Notes under the pieces: model-generated | Told to the model about the DNA's origin: nothing | Seen by the model: the letters and a program-made list of their open reading frames with translations, nothing else | Databases searched by the model: none | Made by a program: the position numbers and the translations under genes | From: an uncultured archaeon | GTDB lineage: Archaea; Altiarchaeota; Altiarchaeia; JAFGQM01 | Assembly (NCBI GenBank): GCA_964540655.1 | Contig: CAZINR010000002.1 | Span: 1,736 to 57,708 of the forward strand | Direction of reading: 5' to 3' | Length of the DNA stretch: 55,973 nt | In this document: one piece after another, positions 50,597-55,973 of the stretch | Position numbering within the stretch: position 1 is the first letter of the stretch | Layout: each line of letters opens with the position of its first letter

Positions 50597-52156
50597 ATGG
50601 CAGCGGAGGAGCTCATAATACCCGGCCTGGCCTGCATGGGCATCGCTGGTTTCCTGCTCTACCGCCTTTTCAGGGGCCGCGGGCCCGGCGACGAGATGTC
50701 CCGCCTCGAGCTGAGGACGAAGCAGCTCAAGGATTTGATAAAGACCACCCGCCTCGACTTCTACAAGCGGAGGATAGAGGGCGACAAGGCCGACAAGCTG
50801 ATAAGAGAGTATGAAGAGGAGCTCTCCCTCGCCAGCAAGCAGATAGAGGGCATGCGCAAGAAATACGGCGGCTCTAAAGCCTCTGGGGGATTGTCCAGCC
50901 CGAAGGGCATAGCCACTCTGGCGGCGGCCGTGGCGCTCTTCGTTTTGGGGCTGTTCTTGCTACTCGGCGCGCTCAGAGAGCCTCCGGATGCGATGGGCCC
51001 GGAGCTCTACGACGAGTTCTCTGGCGGCGGCCCCGAGGATTGCTCTTCTATTACGGACCTAGATAATCGTGACCGGTGCTATGAAGACAAGGTGGAGAGC
51101 ATGGCCGATGAGAATCCTCAAAAAGCAGCCCAATACTGCGACAGGGTCTCTGATTCGGAGATGAGGGACGAATGTTATCGCAAGGTTAGTTCTGAAGCCG
51201 TAGACCGGAACCTATCTCTGGCCCTGGATCTTTGCGGCAAGATCGGGGGCGAGGCCGATTCAAAGGAATGCTATTGGAATCTGCTTCAGGAGTATGAAGA
51301 TTTCATAGTGAAGCATCCTGACAAGGCCTTGGGACTCTGCGATTTGGTTTCCGAGAGCGACTCTGACGACTGCTTTTATACAGTCGCGAATCGTCTAAAA
51401 GAGCAGGACGTCCAGAAGGCAATCAGAGCTTGCCTGGGGATAGGCAACAAGAATCGCAGGGATGACTGTCTTTTCAACAACGCAGTGCGGGCTATGGACA
51501 ACGAGTCCGCGATATTGCAGATATGCAAGGAGTACATGGGAGAGAATCGCAGGGAAGATTGCCTCAAGATTGCCTGTTCCCAGGATTTCATACTGGGGAA
51601 TCCTGAAATTGCAAGAGAGGACTGCTGCGGCTCTATGGATAGCGGCATGGCCGGAGACTGCTATATCCGGATAGCCATGCTTATGGCGCAATCCGACCTT
51701 GATTTCGCTTTGGAGACCTGCGGGATGATGGAAAGCACTCCCTTCGGCAGGCCACCAGACGACTGTTATAGGTCGGTGATGGAGTCTGCGGAGAGCACAT
51801 CCGAGAAAATCCAGGTCTGCCGCCACGTCTCCGGGGCCTGGAGCGAGGAGAAATGCCTGCAGGACCTGATGTGGTCCGCCGAGACCTGCCGGGAGATTAT
51901 CGAGGTGTGTGAGAACCTGGATGATGAATTTTGCGAGATGAAGGGCATAATAGACAACAACTACGGGGGGATGGTCAAAGACTGCCCTCAAACCGCAATC
52001 GATGTCTGCCTGGATATCGGCAATGAGCAGCAGTCCGACAACTGCCTCCGGAGGGTGGCCGAGATACTCGCCTCCGACAACCCGTCCATGGCCCGTAAGG
52101 CCTGCAACGAGATAGAGGACGAGTGGCAGAGGGACAGCTGCAAGGACAAGCTCTAA
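50597..52156 (+). CDS. membrane-anchored cysteine-repeat protein
   Basis: TM plus coiled-coil N-terminus, then at least 12 repeats of an acidic-x-C-aromatic/aliphatic motif (DRCYEDKV, DECYRKVS, KECYWNLL, DDCFYTVA, DDCLFNNA, EDCLKIAC, GDCYIRIA, DDCYRSVM...). Confidence 0.6.
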   Translation: MAAEELIIPGLACMGIAGFLLYRLFRGRGPGDEMSRLELRTKQLKDLIKTTRLDFYKRRIEGDKADKLIREYEEELSLASKQIEGMRKKYGGSKASGGLSSPKGIATLAAAVALFVLGLFLLLGALREPPDAMGPELYDEFSGGGPEDCSSITDLDNRDRCYEDKVESMADENPQKAAQYCDRVSDSEMRDECYRKVSSEAVDRNLSLALDLCGKIGGEADSKECYWNLLQEYEDFIVKHPDKALGLCDLVSESDSDDCFYTVANRLKEQDVQKAIRACLGIGNKNRRDDCLFNNAVRAMDNESAILQICKEYMGENRREDCLKIACSQDFILGNPEIAREDCCGSMDSGMAGDCYIRIAMLMAQSDLDFALETCGMMESTPFGRPPDDCYRSVMESAESTSEKIQVCRHVSGAWSEEKCLQDLMWSAETCREIIEVCENLDDEFCEMKGIIDNNYGGMVKDCPQTAIDVCLDIGNEQQSDNCLRRVAEILASDNPSMARKACNEIEDEWQRDSCKDKL

Positions 52157-52159
52157 ACA

Positions 52160-52400
52160 AAGTAGCGGATCCGCCGGTTCGAGCGAATGCGAGAAGCACG
52201 CTTCACGACACGAAGTTCACAAAAGTGAACTTGTGCCCAATTTGGCTTTGCCAAATTCGGGAGTGAAGCGAAGGGGCCGTCGAGCATACGCTAAGCCTTG
52301 GTAAGACGGACCCGCCGGGATGTTGAGAAGAAACCTTCCTTAGCATAAGCTTCTCGACATAAGGCGGGACCGGCCGAGGCTGAGCTAAGGCATATGAGGA
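52160..52400 (+). repeat. tRNA-Arg-anchored gene-less junction copies JR1/JR2
   Basis: Degenerate copy gcggatccgccggttcgagcg at about 52165-52186. Exact 16-nt copy gacggacccgccggga at 52305-52320. Hairpin double-module at 52204-52263. The flank gctaag is also duplicated. Confidence 0.7.
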
Positions 52401-52533
52401 CGGACCCGCCGGGATTCGAACCCGGGTCACGGGATCTCTTCAACCATCTCAGCTCCCCGTTTTGGGGATAAAACACCTTTTTTGAAAGGGGTTTCCGAAG
52501 TCCCGTAGTATATCCTGGCTAACCCACGGGCCC
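52401..52533 (-). tRNA. tRNA-Arg(TCG) with a 59-nt intron at 37/38
   Basis: Manual fold: GGGCCCG-TG-GGTT-AGCCAGGATA-TACT-A-CGGGA-CTTCGG[intron]A-TCCCG-TGAC-CCGGG-TTCGAAT-CCCGG-CGGGTCC-G. The D-stem has one mismatch. Confidence 0.75.
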
Positions 52534-52645
52534 GCGCGCGTAGGTGCTTTTTATTAGAACTTTACTTAAATTAAACCCAAGCAGGCATCCAGCAAGCTGG
52601 AGGGACTTTTATTGTTCGTTTTCATATAGATACTCTCACAATAAA

Positions 52646-52978
52646 ATGGACGACGACAACGACGAATTCGGCGGACCCTCCGGGTTTGAGGGCTTCGGCA
52701 TGACGACGACAGACTTCGAGATGCCCGATTTCAGCTCAATAGGCCGCACCATGAAGATGCTCTCCTGGCTGCCGGCAATAATCTCTTTTGTGACCGTTAC
52801 CTTCCTCCTGTTCGTGGCCCTGGTCGTTTACAACGGCCTGGCCCAGCCCGACTACAACATCACTTACTGGGGCTTTATGACGATAGTCATAATCTCGATT
52901 CTGGCCGGACTGATAACCGGGACTCTGGTCAAGTTCGCGGCTGGCAGGAAGGCCAAGAGCGCAGGGTTTGGAATGTGA
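52646..52978 (+). CDS. hypothetical membrane protein with an acidic N-terminus
   Basis: Start trimmed to ATG at 52646 (MDDDNDEFGG...); two TM segments. Confidence 0.45.
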   Translation: MDDDNDEFGGPSGFEGFGMTTTDFEMPDFSSIGRTMKMLSWLPAIISFVTVTFLLFVALVVYNGLAQPDYNITYWGFMTIVIISILAGLITGTLVKFAAGRKAKSAGFGM

Positions 52979-53046
52979 ATATTAAGGGCTCTCTAATCTC
53001 TTTCCAAGTTCCCCAGGCTTTTATATAACGCCGTTATAAACTAAAC

Positions 53047-53367
53047 ATGAAACTCCCCTGCGAGACCGTCGTCTGGTACCTAGTGCCAGTCATAAAGTCC
53101 GAGCTGGCCAGAGAGCTGTCCGGCCGGGGCATGACTCAGAAGAAAACTGCCGACATAATCGGCGTCACCCAGGCCGCTGTCTCCCAATACCTCTCCAAGA
53201 AGCGCGGAGGCTCGGTGAAGCTGACCGGAGATATGAAGAAAGAGATAAAGCTCTTCGCCGACAGAGTGGTCAACGACAAGGTCGGCGAGAAGGACCTTCA
53301 GAAGCTCATCTGCAAGGAATGCGCGATAGGCCGCAAGTCCGGCATCCTCGAGGACTTCGTCTGCTAG
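53047..53367 (+). CDS. HTH-type transcriptional regulator (XRE-like) with a C-terminal Cys pair
   Basis: MTQKKTADIIGVTQAAVSQYLS helix-turn-helix; CKECA...C. Confidence 0.6.
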   Translation: MKLPCETVVWYLVPVIKSELARELSGRGMTQKKTADIIGVTQAAVSQYLSKKRGGSVKLTGDMKKEIKLFADRVVNDKVGEKDLQKLICKECAIGRKSGILEDFVC

Positions 53368-54536
53368 GCCAGGTCGTACTTCCTGGCGATGTCCAGGAAC
53401 GAGTCCTTCAGGTACTTTATCTGTCCGCCAGTCAATCCATAAGTGTTCAGCTTCCAGACCCGAGTCGCGCCCGCGAACTCGCCGACTATGCCCCTCTCCT
53501 TGAGCTCGTCGGAGAAAAAGTAGCCTCTCCTCTTGTGCGTCTTGGCGACCTTGTCGAACGTCTCCCTCGTGTCCACCTTGGTCAGCGTGTTCTTCCTGGG
53601 CATCTCCGACAGCACTTTGTTGCCCTCCACACTCAGGAAAGATTCCAGGAATTCGTTGGCGTTGGCCAGCTCCTTGCCCCAGTTCTTGACCCTCTCCTTG
53701 ACATAAGGCAAGGTCGCTATCATCGCCATCATGTTCCCGCCCATGAGAGTGCAGCCCAGCATCTCCACCTCTTTGATGCCGAACTTCCTGCCGGTGACGT
53801 CGCCCTTCATCTCGGTGGTCCGCAGAACATTGTCCACCCACTCCTCTTTGACCCCCAATATGCCGGAAGGCGCCGGCGAGGCAAAGGATTTGTGCCCGGA
53901 ACCCACTACGAAATCCGCACCCAGTTTTTTGCCGTCCACCGGCGCTATCCCGACGGTGTAAGCCCCGTTGTAGAGGAAGGGGATATCATACTCTTTGGCC
54001 ACCTTGCCTATGCCGTGCACGTCGTGCTCGTTGGCCAGGGAATAGTCAAAGTGGTCCATCATTATGAGCTTGGGAAGCTTGCCGTCCTTCTTCTTGACCT
54101 CCTCTATCTTCTGAGCCACTGCCTCGGACGTAATCACGCTCTTGTCGTTCAGCGGGACCTCCCGCACCAACCCTCCGGCGTGTTCCACCGCCAGGAACTC
54201 GGTGTAGTGCGCCAGAGCCGAGACTATGACCGGGTCGTCCTTGCCGACAAGAGAGGAGACCACCGCCTGGAAGCCCCTCCGGGCCCCCGGGACCACCCTC
54301 GCCTCGTCCATGTTGATGAATTCGGCCAGCCCCTCGTGGAACTTGTGGATGTCAGGTTTGGTTATCTTGTCCAGACGGAAGGGTTTGCGGCAGTAGTCGC
54401 AGGTCGAATAGCCGTCTCCATAAGACGCGAGCGCGTTCATGGCCTCGACGCTCAGCCTGCCCGCTGCCTGTATCGGATGTATGTTTATGTACTGCTCCTC
54501 CACTATCCGAAGTGGCAAGTCCTCAGTTATGTCCAT
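53364..54536 (-). CDS. pscS: O-phospho-L-seryl-tRNA(Cys):Cys-tRNA synthase (SepCysS)
   Basis: INIHPIQAAGRLS, GDGYSTCDYC, GADFVVGSGHKSFASPAPSG (PLP Lys), EVEMLGCT and VWKLNTYGL match the SepCysS pattern as I remember it for methanogen enzymes. The antisense ORF at 53319-54581 is rejected. Confidence 0.8.
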   Translation of the reverse strand: MDITEDLPLRIVEEQYINIHPIQAAGRLSVEAMNALASYGDGYSTCDYCRKPFRLDKITKPDIHKFHEGLAEFINMDEARVVPGARRGFQAVVSSLVGKDDPVIVSALAHYTEFLAVEHAGGLVREVPLNDKSVITSEAVAQKIEEVKKKDGKLPKLIMMDHFDYSLANEHDVHGIGKVAKEYDIPFLYNGAYTVGIAPVDGKKLGADFVVGSGHKSFASPAPSGILGVKEEWVDNVLRTTEMKGDVTGRKFGIKEVEMLGCTLMGGNMMAMIATLPYVKERVKNWGKELANANEFLESFLSVEGNKVLSEMPRKNTLTKVDTRETFDKVAKTHKRRGYFFSDELKERGIVGEFAGATRVWKLNTYGLTGGQIKYLKDSFLDIARKYDLA

Positions 54537-54567
54537 TTTCGTTTCGTTTGCTCATTACAATCCCGTA

Positions 54568-54846
54568 ATGATATGGTTTAAGATCATATCTCCTTGGACT
54601 ATTAAATCCGGATTCTGTAGCCCACTCAACACATTCACTGTGGAGGCGGGCAAGCCGGTGAAATGGACGATAATAGGTGACCATGTTACGGGCTGCTCCA
54701 ACGAGATAATACAGGCGGATTTCGGCATAGACGTGCCCCTAGAGACGGGAGAGGTTAAAAGCGTATTTTTCACTCCGGAAAAGAAAGGTAAATATACGTT
54801 CTCGTGCTGGATGGAGATGCTGTTCGGCGAGATAAACGTGGTGTGA
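54568..54846 (+). CDS. cupredoxin-like small protein
   Basis: C-terminal FTPEKKGKYTFSCWMEMLFGEINV is the typical cupredoxin Cys/Met ligand region. The start is uncertain (ATG at 54568). Confidence 0.5.
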   Translation: MIWFKIISPWTIKSGFCSPLNTFTVEAGKPVKWTIIGDHVTGCSNEIIQADFGIDVPLETGEVKSVFFTPEKKGKYTFSCWMEMLFGEINVV

Positions 54847-54848
54847 AG

Positions 54849-55067
54849 ATGAAAAAGGCGATTTTCGTCGTGGGCGGCATGCACTGCAAGAGCTGCAACG
54901 TTCTGCTGCATGACGTGCTCATCGACATAGAGGGGGTCAAGTCCGTGCACGCGGATTTCGAGAGCGGCACGGTGAAGGTCGAGTTCGAGGACTCGGTCAG
55001 CGAAGACAAATTAAAAGAGGAGATAGGCGAGGCCGGATACGAGGTCGAAGAAGTGAAATATGTCTAG
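54849..55067 (+). CDS. copZ: heavy-metal-associated (HMA) copper chaperone
   Basis: ATG at 54849; GMHCKSC metal-binding motif. Confidence 0.85.
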   Translation: MKKAIFVVGGMHCKSCNVLLHDVLIDIEGVKSVHADFESGTVKVEFEDSVSEDKLKEEIGEAGYEVEEVKYV

Positions 55068-55973
55068 GGTGGAGGTCAAACTAGCCGTCAAGGGGATGCA
55101 TTGCGCGTCCTGCGTGAAGGTCATAGAGCTCGCGCTCAAGCGCGCCGAGGGCGTAAGCGAAGCCAGTGTCAACCTCTCGACCGAGACGGCCCTCGTCGAG
55201 TATGACGAGGACAAAATAGATAAGGGGGAAATAATAAATATAATAAAGGACAAGGGCTACGACGCAACCGTGTTCGGCGAGAAGGATCAGGAGATGCTGG
55301 AGCTGGAGAAGAAGAAAGATTTAGACAGGACGAAAAAGCTCCTCCTCTTTTCCGTCTCACTGGCCGTGCCCGCGCTTATATTCGGCATGGTTCTGATGAA
55401 TTTTCCCTACAGGGCATATGTACTATTCCTCTTGGCCACGCCGGTCCAACTGGGCGCAGGATACAGATTCTACAAGGGGGCGTGGGTCGCTCTGAAGAAC
55501 AAGACGGCCAACATGGACACTCTGATAACCGTGGGGACCACTACCGCTTATGTGTACAGCATAATCGTGGTCCTCCTGGCCTCGCAGCAGGATATAATGG
55601 CCGGCGGCCCGGAGCAGTACTTCGAGACCTCGGCCGTCTTGATAACGTTCGTCCTTCTGGGCAAGTATCTCGAGGACAAGGCCAAGGGCCGGACCTCCTC
55701 CGCTATAAAGAAGCTAATGGGATTGGCCCCCAAAACAGCCCGGGTAATCAGGGAAGGAAAGGAGGTGGAGATTCCCGTAGGCGATGTCAAAGTGGGTGAC
55801 ATCGTCAGGGTGCGTCCCGGCGAGAAGGTCCCGGTGGACGGGGTTCTGACAGAAGGCTCCAGCAGCCTGGACGAGTCCATGATAACCGGCGAGAGCATAC
55901 CCGTAGAGAAGGTGAAGGGCGACAAGGTCTTCGGCTCGACCATCAACCAGCACGGCACGTTTTTGTTCAAGGC
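55060..55973 (+). CDS. copA: copper-translocating P-type ATPase, N-terminal part (continues beyond the window end)
   Basis: Own translation from ATG at 55060: [23 protein letters not shown]... (HMA domain), then TM helices, NMDTLI and the DESMITGES actuator region. No stop in the window. Confidence 0.9.
   Translation, partial: MSRVEVKLAVKGMHCASCVKVIELALKRAEGVSEASVNLSTETALVEYDEDKIDKGEIINIIKDKGYDATVFGEKDQEMLELEKKKDLDRTKKLLLFSVSLAVPALIFGMVLMNFPYRAYVLFLLATPVQLGAGYRFYKGAWVALKNKTANMDTLITVGTTTAYVYSIIVVLLASQQDIMAGGPEQYFETSAVLITFVLLGKYLEDKAKGRTSSAIKKLMGLAPKTARVIREGKEVEIPVGDVKVGDIVRVRPGEKVPVDGVLTEGSSSLDESMITGESIPVEKVKGDKVFGSTINQHGTFLFK

Overview
Archaeal chromosomal window. Archaeal markers are ribosomal protein eL15, two PurP genes, SepCysS, and three intron-containing tRNAs, including a tRNA-Tyr with a C1-G72 pair. 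The G+C-rich backbone (1-290 and about 20.6-56 kb) carries ordinary housekeeping, transport and metabolic genes, and many long shadow ORFs that I reject. The striking part is accessory. All three tRNA genes, Tyr(GTA) at 20506-20616, Gly(TCC) at 26185-26303 and Arg(TCG) at 52401-52533 (all minus strand), are followed on their 3' side by tandem arrays. The array junctions each repeat the last 13-14 nt of that tRNA (discriminator, acceptor 3' strand, T-stem 3' strand). These copies sit inside long mosaic, partly palindromic repeat units built from covarying hairpins. Behind tRNA-Tyr the array spans about 19 kb of visibly lower G+C and holds 8 cassettes: four RelE/ParE-type TA modules, a Fic protein, a NYN nuclease-like protein, a KaiC-like/V4R-like/UbiA trio, and a roughly 9.8 kb phosphonate-like or 2-oxoacid biosynthetic cluster. 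Behind tRNA-Gly there are HicAB and RHH-RelE cassettes. Behind tRNA-Arg there are only empty junction copies. I recognise no integrase, transposase or other recombinase anywhere in the window. My main hypothesis is an integrase-less, tRNA-anchored cassette-accretion system with structured junction sites, integron-like in logic. All calls rest on reading the sequence and on remembered family motifs; no database search was run.
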